Assembly (NCBI GenBank): GCA_948470565.1
Contig: CAOKPF010000005.1
Span: 1 to 57,669, forward strand
Source of the DNA: an uncultured Clostridium sp.
GTDB taxonomy: Bacteria > Bacillota > Clostridia > TANB77 > CAG-465
Length of the DNA stretch: 57,669 nucleotides
Reading direction: 5' to 3'
Made by a program: the position numbers and the translations under genes. Shown here one piece after another: positions 1-9,099 of the stretch. Within the stretch, counting starts at the first letter, position 1; every line of letters begins with the position of its first letter. The notes below the pieces were generated by a model that did no database searches, was not told the DNA's origin, and saw nothing but the letters and a program-made list of their open reading frames with translations.

Positions 1-122
1 TATTTCTATTATTATTTTCTTGCATTTTTTATATTTTTCTGCTGAACAGTAACATTTAAATAATTATTAATTATAAAGATTAAAGGCTCTAATTATATAA
101 AATGTAATTAATTTATAATATG

Positions 123-148
123 TATTATTATTATTATTATTATTATTA
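123..148. repeat. (TAT)n trinucleotide microsatellite, about 8.7 units, directly abutting the putative -35 of the downstream Fic-like gene
   Basis: Read directly: tat repeated 8 times plus ta at 123-148, followed by CTGACA. Confidence 0.9.
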
Positions 149-177
149 CTGACAAATAGCTATCTATATGATATAAT
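149..177 (+). promoter_or_regulatory. Putative sigma-A promoter of the Fic-like gene
   Basis: CTGACA (149-154), 17-nt spacer, then an extended -10 TGaTATAAT ending at 177. Confidence 0.4.
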
Positions 178-198
178 CATATTGTAGTTTTAAGGAGA

Positions 199-861
199 AT
201 GAATATGAAAAATAAATATAATATGTCACAAGAAGAAAATATTTTTGTAGCTAAAAGGCTATTAGTAGACTCGGTTTATAAAAGTGCAAATTTAGAAGGA
301 ATTGCTGTGACATTTGCTCAAACAGTAGATATATTAAATGATGTTAATGTAGATAGTATAAAGCCATCAGAAATTGGAAAAGTTTTTTGCTTGAGGGATG
401 CTTGGAATTATATAATAGATAATATAAATCAAAGTTTAGATTTAGCATTTATAGAAAACGTGCATGAATTTATCACAAAAACAGAATTAGATTATAGATA
501 TGTGGGAACTATAAGAACAGATGAAGTTGTTATAAGTGGTACGTCATGGCGTCCTGAGATACCAAATCCAGAATTGCTTCATGCTCAGTTAATGGATTTG
601 CTTAAAATTAATAATTGTACTGACAAAGCATTAACAATTATGTTATGGATTATGAGAAGTCAAATTTTTAAAGATGGAAATAAAAGAGTTGCAACAATTA
701 TAGCTAATAAGATTTTAATTGAAAATGGTTGTGGAATTATTTCAGTACCAGTGGAGTTAGATGGTAAATTTAAAAGTATGTTAGTAAAATATTATGAAAC
801 TAACAATATGCAGGAGTTAAAGCAGTGGTTATACGATAACTGTATTGAAGGGGTTAATTAG
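199..861 (+). CDS. Fic/DOC (Fido) family protein with a degenerate active-site motif
   Basis: The motif position reads QIFKDGNKRVA instead of the canonical HPFxxGNGRxxR, so H is Q and the second G is K. The AGGAG RBS spacing favours the second ATG at 205. Confidence 0.55.
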   Translation: MNMKNKYNMSQEENIFVAKRLLVDSVYKSANLEGIAVTFAQTVDILNDVNVDSIKPSEIGKVFCLRDAWNYIIDNINQSLDLAFIENVHEFITKTELDYRYVGTIRTDEVVISGTSWRPEIPNPELLHAQLMDLLKINNCTDKALTIMLWIMRSQIFKDGNKRVATIIANKILIENGCGIISVPVELDGKFKSMLVKYYETNNMQELKQWLYDNCIEGVN

Positions 862-990
862 GAAATAAATAATATTCAAATATTTATATGAATTAGGATA
901 TTTTTTATAATTTATAAAGATTATAAGTTTTAGAATATTACATTGACTTTATATGCAATTTTGTGTAAAATAAAGTCGAGGTGAAAAAAA

Positions 991-1587
991 GTGTATGCGT
1001 TTTTAAAAGGAAAAATTGAAAATGTACTTGAAGATAAAATAGAGCTAGATGTAAATGGAATGGGATATGAAATTTTTATGCCAGAAAATGAAATTAGTCA
1101 ATTAGAAAAAAGTGATAAGGTTATAAAAATAAATACATATTTGCATGTAAGAGAAGATGATGTAAGATTATTTGGTTTTTTGTCATCAAATACATTGGAG
1201 TTTTTTAAAAAGTTAATAAGTGTAAGTGGAGTAGGTCCAAAAGTTGCCATTGGTATAATTTCAAATATATCTGCTAGTGATATGTGTATAGCAATAGCCA
1301 CTGAAAATGTCGCTGAAATAAAAAAAGTACCTGGTATAGGACCTAAGATGGCACAAAAAATAATATTTGAACTTAAAGATAAAATTATGAAAGATGAAAT
1401 ATCAAATATTAAGAATAATGTAAAAGTTGCTAATAAGAAAAATACAAATGTTAGTGAAGCTATTACAGCATTACAAGTACTTGGATATTCAGAAAAAGAA
1501 ATAAATGAGGTAATATCTAATATAGAAATAGAAAATGACAAGGTTGAAGATATTATTAAAAAAGTATTAAAACAAATGCAAAAATAA
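991..1587 (+). CDS. ruvA: Holliday junction branch migration complex subunit RuvA
   Basis: N-terminus MYAFLKGKI, two HhH motifs (GVGPKVA, PGIGPKMAQKI) and a domain III tail. GTG start after a GAGGTG RBS. Confidence 0.9.
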   Translation: MYAFLKGKIENVLEDKIELDVNGMGYEIFMPENEISQLEKSDKVIKINTYLHVREDDVRLFGFLSSNTLEFFKKLISVSGVGPKVAIGIISNISASDMCIAIATENVAEIKKVPGIGPKMAQKIIFELKDKIMKDEISNIKNNVKVANKKNTNVSEAITALQVLGYSEKEINEVISNIEIENDKVEDIIKKVLKQMQK

Positions 1588-1618
1588 GTATAGTTATTAA
1601 TAATTAAAGTTAATATAA

Positions 1619-1661
1619 AATCAGTAATAATTAGATATGTTTTCTAATATTACTGATTTTT
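1619..1661 (+). terminator. Rho-independent terminator after ruvA
   Basis: 11-bp stem AATCAGTAATA / TATTACTGATT followed by a T-run. Confidence 0.7.
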
Positions 1662-1823
1662 ATTACAATAAAAACATATGTAATTTTGAAAAATTAGTGT
1701 TTTGGTAAAAAATATTAACAGATTATTTTTTTGAAATTTTATCTTGTTACTTTTATTGTTATTATTGAAAAAAATAGATTTTATGTTATAATATAATTGT
1801 ATAAATTTATATAGGAGGAATTC

Positions 1824-2723
1824 ATGTTTTCAAAATTAAAAGAGAGTTTAAGAAAAAGTAAAGAGAATTTTGATGTAACAATTAGTAATATTTTTTCGAG
1901 TAAAAAGGATATAAATGAAATAATTGATAATATAGAGGAAACTTTGATACTTTCAGATGTTGGAGTTGCAACTAGTACAAAGATATGTGATAGTTTAAGA
2001 AATAGTTTGAAAAAACAAGTTGATAAAAGTGAAGAGGCTGTAAGAGCACTTTTAAAGAAAGAAATGGTAAATATATTACAGAGTGGAAATGATAATATGT
2101 CTTACGATGATAATGAAAGAAAAGTTATATTAGTTGTTGGAGTAAATGGTGTTGGAAAGACAACTACGATTGGTAAACTTACCAATTTATATAAAAAGAG
2201 TGGAAAAAAAGTATTACTTGCAGCTGCTGATACTTTTAGAGCAGGAGCAGTTGAGCAACTAGATATATGGGCAAAAAGATCAAATGTAGATATATGTACT
2301 GGAAATGATGGACAAGACCCTGCGTCTGTTGTATATGATGCAACTAAGAAATTTGAAGAGGGTAACTATGATATATTAATCTGTGATACTGCAGGTAGAC
2401 TTCATAATAAGAAAAATTTAATGGATGAGTTAGAAAAAATAAATAGGATAATATCTAAAAATTTATCTAATTATAAAAAAGAAGTACTAATGATATTAGA
2501 TGCAACAACTGGTCAAAATGGTGCTATACAAGTAAAGAAATTTTTTGAAACAACAGATGTAAATTCTATAATACTTACAAAGCTTGACTCTACATCAAAG
2601 GGTGGGGTAGTATTTTCAATTGTAGATGAGTTAAAAATTCCAATAAAATATATTGGAGTTGGAGAACAAATTGATGATATAGAAAAATTTGATGCAATGG
2701 CGTTTGTTGAAGCAATTGTTTAG
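1824..2723 (+). CDS. ftsY: Signal recognition particle receptor FtsY
   Basis: SRP GTPase motifs GVNGVGKTTTIGKL, DTAGR and TKLD. AGGAGG RBS. Confidence 0.95.
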   Translation: MFSKLKESLRKSKENFDVTISNIFSSKKDINEIIDNIEETLILSDVGVATSTKICDSLRNSLKKQVDKSEEAVRALLKKEMVNILQSGNDNMSYDDNERKVILVVGVNGVGKTTTIGKLTNLYKKSGKKVLLAAADTFRAGAVEQLDIWAKRSNVDICTGNDGQDPASVVYDATKKFEEGNYDILICDTAGRLHNKKNLMDELEKINRIISKNLSNYKKEVLMILDATTGQNGAIQVKKFFETTDVNSIILTKLDSTSKGGVVFSIVDELKIPIKYIGVGEQIDDIEKFDAMAFVEAIV

Positions 2724-2762
2724 TATGTTTTGCATATTATTATATATGGAGGATTTTTGCTT

Positions 2763-3665
2763 ATGAATAAATATATGAAATTAGAAGAAATACTAGACAG
2801 TGAAAATATAAAATATAATGAGAGTATGAAAAAGCATACAACTGTTAGAATTGGGGGAAAATGCGATGTTTTAGTTACACCAACTTCAATGGAAGAAATA
2901 AAAAGAGTTGTAGAGTTTTTTAATTCTGAGAATATAGAATATCATGTTATTGGAAATGGAAGTAATCTTTTGGTTACTGATGAAGATATACATTGTGCAA
3001 TAATAAAAATTGGAAATAAATTTAGTAACGTTGAAGTTGATGGCAAAAATTTAATAGCTCTAAGTGGTGCAAGTATGCCAAGAGTTTCATTAATAGCAAA
3101 ACAAAACTTACTTTCTGGAATGGAATTTGCATGTGGTATACCTGGTACTATTGGTGGTGGTATTTTTATGAATGCAGGTGCCTATGGAGATGAAATGTCA
3201 AATATTGTAGATGAAATTACATATTTTGATGAGAACTTAAATGTATGTAAAATATTAGGTAAAGAGGCACAGTTTTCATATAGAAAGAGTATATTTTCAT
3301 TTAATCCAAAGTACGTAATACTTAAATGTAATTTAAAATTAAGAAAAGGAAATGAAAAGGAAATAGAACTAAAGATGAAAGAAAACTCAGAGGCAAGGAA
3401 GCAAAAACAGCCTTTGGAATTTCCTAATTTTGGTAGTGTGTTTAAAAGACCAGAGGGGTATTTTGTAGGAAAATTAATTGAAGAGGCAGGACTTCGAGGA
3501 AAAACAATTGGTGGTGCACAAGTTTCAACTAAACATACAGGTTTTATAGTTAATATTGGAAATGCAACATGTAAGGATATATTGGATCTTATAAAATATA
3601 TACAAGATACAGTTTATAATAAATTTGGTGTTAAATTAGAAACAGAGGTTGAAATTATAAAATAA
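2763..3665 (+). CDS. murB: UDP-N-acetylenolpyruvoylglucosamine reductase MurB
   Basis: The ORF opens at 2730, but the GGAGGA RBS fits the ATG at 2763. MurB-like TTVRIGG, GNGSNLL and GSVFKRP motifs. Confidence 0.9.
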   Translation: MNKYMKLEEILDSENIKYNESMKKHTTVRIGGKCDVLVTPTSMEEIKRVVEFFNSENIEYHVIGNGSNLLVTDEDIHCAIIKIGNKFSNVEVDGKNLIALSGASMPRVSLIAKQNLLSGMEFACGIPGTIGGGIFMNAGAYGDEMSNIVDEITYFDENLNVCKILGKEAQFSYRKSIFSFNPKYVILKCNLKLRKGNEKEIELKMKENSEARKQKQPLEFPNFGSVFKRPEGYFVGKLIEEAGLRGKTIGGAQVSTKHTGFIVNIGNATCKDILDLIKYIQDTVYNKFGVKLETEVEIIK

Positions 3666-3679
3666 GATAGGAGTAAAAA

Positions 3680-5167
3680 ATGAGGGCAATTTTAGAATGG
3701 TTAAAACCAGGAGCAAGAGTAAAAAGATATATTTTTTTACAGATAGTTTCAGTAGCAGTATTCATATTTTGTTTAGTAAGTCTTAGAACGGTTACTGATA
3801 TGAGTTTAAAAACATTGATAGCATATATAGCAATAATAACAATTTCATTATTTGGAGCTGTATTTTCATTTATTTTTGCACAGAAAAATATATTATATGT
3901 TTCATTAAAAAATATATCTAATAGAAGTAAAAATATTAAAGTAAGGAAGATGTTATATGGTGATCCTAAGCTTAATAAGGGATCTAAAATAGTAGTAATT
4001 GGTGGTGGAAGTGGGTTGCCATATCTTCTAAACAGTTTAAAAGAATATACTCAAAATATTACAGCAATAGTAAATGTTTCAGAAGATGATGTTAGTATTA
4101 GTACAGCTATAGTTGATAAAGAAGAACTAGCAACAGGTGATATAAGAAAGTGTATAGCTGCACTATCTACTTCAAGTTCTGATGTATCAAAATTACTTAT
4201 GCATAAATCAGATAAGGGAGATGGAAAAAATTATTCTGTTGGAAATGTCATAATTTCATCATTGATAGAAATTACAGGGAGTTTTTCTAAAGCAATTGAA
4301 AAAATATCTGAAATTTTTAAAATACAGGGAAATATATTACCTGTTACTACTGATAATATAATTCTTTGTGCAAAATTAGAGGATGGAGAAGTTGTTGTTG
4401 GAAAACAAAATATTACTAGTAGAGTAAAGGAACAAAAAGGTAAAATAAAACAGATATTTTTGAAAGAAGGTAGTGTTAAAGCCATACCAGAGGTTATTGA
4501 AGCAATAAATAGTGCAAATGTAATTGTAATAGGACCAGGGCAACTATACACATCTGTATTATCTAATTTTTTAATTGATGATGTTTCAAAAGCAATCATA
4601 AAATCAAAAGCTAAAAAAGTATATATAGCTAATATAATGAATCAACCAGGACAAACATATGGTTATACTCTTGCTAAATACTTAAATGAGGTTGAAAGAT
4701 ATATAGGAAAACATGTGATTGATTATGCTATTGCAAATGATGGTGCAGTTACAGAAGAAATGTTAAAAGATTTTAATCAAGTAGAATCTTCACAAGTGAA
4801 GATAGATTTAGAGAATATACAAAATAGAGCAATATGTGTATTAAAAGAAGATTTAATACTTACAAGTAAAGATTCTATAATTCATAACGCAGATAGACTT
4901 GCTGAGATTATTATGTCTATTGCTAAATCTAGGAAAATAGGTAATCTTAATATAGTTAAAATGAGGAAAAAACATATTAGGAAAGAAAGAATAAAAAAGT
5001 TTAAAATGACTGCTAAGAAAATTGTTAAAGATAAAGAGGAGCAAAATAGTCAAGTACTAGACAAGAATAAGAAAAGCAAAAAAAATAATAAAAAGCAAGA
5101 AGTAAAAGTTAGTGAAAAAACTAATAAGACAGTTGACAAGATAAGGAAAAGTGTAAAGAAAGGATAG
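3680..5167 (+). CDS. YvcK/CofD-like (UPF0052, gluconeogenesis factor family) protein with an N-terminal TM region and a Lys-rich C-terminal tail
   Basis: The core aligns by eye with B. subtilis YvcK (VVIGGGSGL, ITAIVNV, VIVIGPGQLYTSVLSN, KVYIANIMNQPGQT). About 100 aa at the N-terminus carry two hydrophobic segments. About 75 aa at the C-terminus form a K-rich tail. Confidence 0.75.
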   Translation: MRAILEWLKPGARVKRYIFLQIVSVAVFIFCLVSLRTVTDMSLKTLIAYIAIITISLFGAVFSFIFAQKNILYVSLKNISNRSKNIKVRKMLYGDPKLNKGSKIVVIGGGSGLPYLLNSLKEYTQNITAIVNVSEDDVSISTAIVDKEELATGDIRKCIAALSTSSSDVSKLLMHKSDKGDGKNYSVGNVIISSLIEITGSFSKAIEKISEIFKIQGNILPVTTDNIILCAKLEDGEVVVGKQNITSRVKEQKGKIKQIFLKEGSVKAIPEVIEAINSANVIVIGPGQLYTSVLSNFLIDDVSKAIIKSKAKKVYIANIMNQPGQTYGYTLAKYLNEVERYIGKHVIDYAIANDGAVTEEMLKDFNQVESSQVKIDLENIQNRAICVLKEDLILTSKDSIIHNADRLAEIIMSIAKSRKIGNLNIVKMRKKHIRKERIKKFKMTAKKIVKDKEEQNSQVLDKNKKSKKNNKKQEVKVSEKTNKTVDKIRKSVKKG

Positions 5168-5173
5168 GGTAAT

Positions 5174-6991
5174 ATGTATAAATACAAAAGGGGAATTGGG
5201 AATATAGATAATGCTAAAATATTAGAATATTCACTTACTGATAATAAGAATACATGTTTTTCTATGACAGCAAATTTAGAAAATAGAAGACCCTATAATG
5301 GCATGTATATAAAAAATGGAAAGATTTTACTACTAAATTTATTGGAAAAACTTATAGTAAAAGATAGAGAATATAACTTATCACAACTTACTACAAGTAC
5401 GCACATACAATCTTGTGATGAATATATTTTGAGTATAAATTTAGATAAAAATATGCTGGAATACAAAGTTGGAAATGTTATGTATATAAAAAGAATACAT
5501 CTATATGAAGGAATATTATGTATCGAATATGATATTGAAAATAGAGAAAATACTAATGTTACTTTTAGAGTTTCACCACTCATAACATATAGAGATTTAT
5601 ATGAAATGAAAAGAGTAAATGTACTAAAATTTAATCAAAGAAATGATAAAAATGGTGTTTTTATAAATTTAAGTATTTTGTCTAATGAAAATATAATAGC
5701 TAAGTCACAAGAAATGGTTTGGACAAGAGAACCTGAATATATTAATAATATTAAACATGAGTATGTAGATGAGTATTGTGTAAAAGATATATATTCTGAA
5801 GATGCATTCGTGCCAGGAAATTTTGAGATAGTACTAAAAGAAAAAGAAAAGAAAAAAGTTTATTTGTATTTTTCTGATACTGAGTTTGACTTAGAAAGAA
5901 TTAATTCAGCTAGAGTGCTTAGTGCGTTAGAAAATAGAAATCGTATAGCTGAAAAAAATATAGAAGAAGAATTTGTAGAGTTAAGAGAGCTTGCAATTCA
6001 AATGGAGAATATGGAAATAAAAGATAATCTTGTAAGTTCTTTGCCTTATAATTTAGAATATAAAAATATTTTAAATGAGGAAATGCTAAATGTTATTGAA
6101 ACCAAAAAATTTAATAGCTATTTAATACAGTTAACTGATATAGTGAGGGCTATTGGTGGGCAGTATTTAGTTTTTAATAAGCTTATAAAAGCTAATTGTG
6201 TCCTTATAACTGTTAGAAGATATATAAAGGTTATAGAGGATGCCAAACTGATTGATATAAGTTCTTTGAAACTTTTTGCAAAATTAAAACTTTGGTATGT
6301 TGAAAGTGTTAATATGCTTATGCAAAAGCAAAAAGATTTAGATTTGTTTTTCGGATTTGTTAAAGAAATTATATATAGTATAATTAATAGTCACCAAAAG
6401 GATAGAATACTTAATGATATAGAAACAGTTTCACTTATGTATAATGCAATTAAAATATATGAATCAATGCTAAAAGAAAGAGAACTAGATGATGTTGTTA
6501 CAAATGAGTTTAAACAAGAGTTAAAAGAAAAAATAGAAAATGAATTTTGGATTGAAGAAAAAAGAGTTTTAAAAAGGTGTTTAGATGAAAGGGAGAGCTT
6601 TGCTAATATAGAAATGTTATATGCTTTTAGTTTGTCATATCCCTGTATTTCTTCAGAACTTTCAATCAAAGTTTTAGATACTATTTTTAAAGAATTATAT
6701 ACACCATATGGTCTAAGAATTGTTCCTAAGACTTATGTTGATAGTAAGGGTGCTATTTATCCTAAATATATGTCATATTTTGTAAAAGCAAATTTAAGAC
6801 AAAATGGATTTACTAGAGCTTCACAAAAAATTGCATATAATTTAGTAAAAGACTTATATCAAGAAATGGACAAATATGTAAATGGTGGTATAAAAAAAGT
6901 ATATAATGAGAAAGGAATAAATATTGATAGTGTATCTTATGATTTGCTAACTAATGCAGAAATTATACGATTATATGATATGCTTACATAA
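5174..6991 (+). CDS. Divergent glycogen-debranching-enzyme-like protein (GDE N-terminal-like domain); the catalytic signature was not recognised
   Basis: The N-terminal region (RRPYNGMY ... LCIEYDIEN ... FRVSPLITYRDLYE) resembles the bacterial GDE_N domain, and the C-terminus has LYTPYGLR. I could not find the WFxDWGRD-type central motif. Confidence 0.35.
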   Translation: MYKYKRGIGNIDNAKILEYSLTDNKNTCFSMTANLENRRPYNGMYIKNGKILLLNLLEKLIVKDREYNLSQLTTSTHIQSCDEYILSINLDKNMLEYKVGNVMYIKRIHLYEGILCIEYDIENRENTNVTFRVSPLITYRDLYEMKRVNVLKFNQRNDKNGVFINLSILSNENIIAKSQEMVWTREPEYINNIKHEYVDEYCVKDIYSEDAFVPGNFEIVLKEKEKKKVYLYFSDTEFDLERINSARVLSALENRNRIAEKNIEEEFVELRELAIQMENMEIKDNLVSSLPYNLEYKNILNEEMLNVIETKKFNSYLIQLTDIVRAIGGQYLVFNKLIKANCVLITVRRYIKVIEDAKLIDISSLKLFAKLKLWYVESVNMLMQKQKDLDLFFGFVKEIIYSIINSHQKDRILNDIETVSLMYNAIKIYESMLKERELDDVVTNEFKQELKEKIENEFWIEEKRVLKRCLDERESFANIEMLYAFSLSYPCISSELSIKVLDTIFKELYTPYGLRIVPKTYVDSKGAIYPKYMSYFVKANLRQNGFTRASQKIAYNLVKDLYQEMDKYVNGGIKKVYNEKGINIDSVSYDLLTNAEIIRLYDMLT

Positions 6992-7006
6992 AAAAGAGAG
7001 GTTTAT

Positions 7007-7501
7007 ATGATTGTACTAGGAATAGATCCAGGATATGGAAGAGTTGGTTATGGTGTAATAGATTATAGGAAGAATAAATATAGAGCATTAGAATATGGTA
7101 GTATTACGACAGAAACTAATGGATATTTTCCAGGGAGACTTAGAAAAATAGAGTGTGATTTAAGGGAAATAATATCAAGATATGATATTGATGCCTCCTC
7201 TATTGAAGATTTATATTTTAATAATAATTCAAAAACGGCAATTAAAGTTGCTGAAGCCAGAGGTGTCATTTTAAACACACTAGAGTCTTGTTCAATACCA
7301 ATTTTTGAATATACGCCACTGCAGGCAAAACTTGCTATTGTGGGATATGGTAGAGCAGATAAAGTTCAAGTAAAAAGCATGGTAAAAAGCTTTTTAAATT
7401 TAGAGACTATGCCAAAACTAGATGATACTACTGATGCTTTAGCTATTGCTATTTGTCATACGCATAATTGCAGATTTAATAGTTTTGTAGAAAAAAAATA
7501 G
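7007..7501 (+). CDS. ruvC: Crossover junction endodeoxyribonuclease RuvC
   Basis: MIVLGIDPGYGRVGYGVI N-terminus and the C-terminal DDTTDALAIAICH motif. Confidence 0.9.
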   Translation: MIVLGIDPGYGRVGYGVIDYRKNKYRALEYGSITTETNGYFPGRLRKIECDLREIISRYDIDASSIEDLYFNNNSKTAIKVAEARGVILNTLESCSIPIFEYTPLQAKLAIVGYGRADKVQVKSMVKSFLNLETMPKLDDTTDALAIAICHTHNCRFNSFVEKK

Positions 7502-7517
7502 AAAAAGGGACTATAAT

Positions 7518-7556
7518 AAATCATTGAATTTACATATGTATCTTCAATGATTTTTT
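7518..7556. terminator. Palindromic hairpin element, copy A (bidirectional terminator between ruvC and a small minus-strand gene)
   Basis: AAATCATTGAATTTACATATGTATCTTCAATGATTTTTT. The stem is flanked by an A-run and a T-run, and the sequence is identical to copy D. Confidence 0.8.
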
Positions 7557-7570
7557 ACTACTTTTTTTGG

Positions 7571-7732
7571 TTATTCATCATTATCTTCATCGTCTTCAGA
7601 ACAATGATGATATTTGCACCAGTTATTAGGCTCATTTTCGGATTTATCTTTTTTGCATATATATTTTCCTGTCTTTCTGTCCTCTTTTCCATAATCACAA
7701 TTAGAGCAATTATCCCATTTTCCTCTTCCCAT
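7571..7732 (-). CDS. Small Cys/His-rich acidic-tailed protein, 53 aa (below the ORF-track cutoff)
   Basis: Translates to MGRGKWDNCSNCDYGKEDRKTGKYICKKDKSENEPNNWCKYHHCSEDDEDNDE. It has a GAGGTG RBS, a TTGACA-17-TATACT promoter and the hairpin A terminator. The two track ORFs at this locus are in other frames and look spurious. Confidence 0.6.
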   Translation of the reverse strand: MGRGKWDNCSNCDYGKEDRKTGKYICKKDKSENEPNNWCKYHHCSEDDEDNDE

Positions 7733-7755
7733 AGAAAACACCTCACTTTATTTTA

Positions 7756-7784
7756 AGTATAATATAATTTTTACTTTTTGTCAA
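7756..7784 (-). promoter_or_regulatory. Promoter of the 53-aa Cys-rich gene
   Basis: Minus strand reads TTGACA, a 17-nt spacer, then TATACT. Confidence 0.55.
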
Positions 7785-7803
7785 TGAAATTTTATTAAAA
7801 AAC

Positions 7804-7832
7804 TTGACATAATGCTATTTGTAATATATAAT
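7804..7832 (+). promoter_or_regulatory. Divergent promoter of the 7931 gene
   Basis: TTGACA (7804-7809), 17-nt spacer, TATAAT (7827-7832). Confidence 0.55.
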
Positions 7833-7930
7833 GTGTAAGATTTATATTTAGTATTCCAATATAGTAATTGGTTTATTCTATAAAAAGAATTATTTAGAGA
7901 AAGGAGAGCTATAATAAAAACATAGCGGAA

Positions 7931-8941
7931 ATGATTATGTATAAGCTTGAGGAAAAAATTGATGAAAAGTATGTAAAAGATATTTTTTTAACGGAGAATT
8001 GGCACAATGAGATTTTAAAATATCTGGGCTGTCAAGACTTCCCTTATGAATTTGAGTTTAACAAGAAAGTTAAAGTAGAAGCTATAAAAGATAGCGTATA
8101 CATTTTTAAATCAAATGGGAAAAATGGTAAAAAATGTAAGAAGATTGCTTTATCAACACTTGTTTTGAAACGGTTCTTTGCACGAGAAGTACCAGATACA
8201 AATCTTGGACTTTCTTTTAAGGAGTATTTACCAATTGAAAATACGTCACTAATAATATCTAGTATTAGAAATCCTACTATGATATATGTTTTGACTTTTA
8301 AAAATACTGTAAATGAGATAAACATTTCTGGCAAAAAAACATTATATTTAGATTTTATTTTAAATTATCCATTCGATACAAAGACATATATGTCTATAAG
8401 TGATTGTACTAAGAATAAAATGACATGGAAATTTTTAGATAGTAAGGATACATCTTGTATGACAAATTATGAACTTACTATGCAAGATGCATATATTCAC
8501 AAAAGATATGTAATGAAGATGTGTGAGAAACTCTCAAGGTAGTTAAGTGATATAGGTGCTGATACACATGCAGAGGCTATAATTGAGAGAGGTAGGGTGC
8601 ATGATAATTCAAAAATAAATTGTGAAGATGAATTTTTGGCGCTTGCAAAAATAATTCAATATGGCGGAAAAATGAGTACATATACTCCACTTTCACCATC
8701 AGAAAATAACTTTACAAAATTGCATCAAAAACATAATTCACATCATGTAGAATTTTATAAAACGCCTTATGATATGTCAAGATTGGACTTGATGGAATTT
8801 GCTTGTGATATTTGCGCAAGATCTGAACAAAAGGGGACAGATGTATTTACTTATCTTGAAAGTGATCAGGAAAAACGTTTTCATTTCCCTAATTTTATGT
8901 ATGAAGAGATAAAATTTTATTGTAGCATATTAAAAAGATGA
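7931..8941 (+). pseudogene. Gene for an HD-motif (DUF5662-like) protein interrupted by a single in-frame TAG at 8540-8542
   Basis: ORFs 7931-8542 and 8597-8941 are in the same frame (offset 666 nt). The 18 codons between them are open. The motif series IHKRYVMKMC ... HDNSK ... HQKHNSHHVEF spans the stop. Confidence 0.6.
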
Positions 8942-9037
8942 AAATTCTTTAAAAATATAATACCTCGAATATTAATTTTATATTATTATTTGAGGTATTT
9001 TTCTTTAGATTTATGTATGTAATTATAACTAAATTAA

Positions 9038-9066
9038 TTGACTTTTATTTGCTTTTGTATTATACT
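9038..9066 (+). promoter_or_regulatory. Promoter of the 9100 gene
   Basis: TTGACT, 17-nt spacer, TATACT. Confidence 0.45.
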
Positions 9067-9099
9067 ATTTTTAGATTTTTTTAGAAAGAGGGAATAAAA

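Noticed and set aside
123-148. (TAT)n as a classical phase-variation switch.
   Set aside because: The repeat lies upstream of the -35 hexamer rather than in the -35/-10 spacer or in coding sequence. An on/off mechanism is therefore not supported by position alone, and it is reported only as a minor note.
1098-1541. Antisense ORFs inside well-supported genes. Examples are 1098-1541, 4231-4599, 9889-10146, 34564-34989, 37853-38254 and 45280-45606.
   Set aside because: They lie opposite strong homologous CDSs and lack an RBS. Their composition is low-complexity (Ser/Phe/Ile-rich), typical of the reverse frames of AT-rich, Lys/Glu/Asn-rich genes.
7547-7756. Track ORFs 7547-7756 (+) and 7558-7746 (-).
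   Set aside because: Neither has an RBS, and both translate to hydrophobic or low-complexity strings. A third frame on the minus strand (7571-7732) has a promoter, RBS and terminator and a sensible Cys-rich product.
8540-8542. In-frame TAG as pyrrolysine or a reassigned codon.
   Set aside because: TAG terminates ftsY and ruvC at their natural C-termini in this same window, and no pyl genes are visible. A nonsense mutation or an error is more parsimonious.
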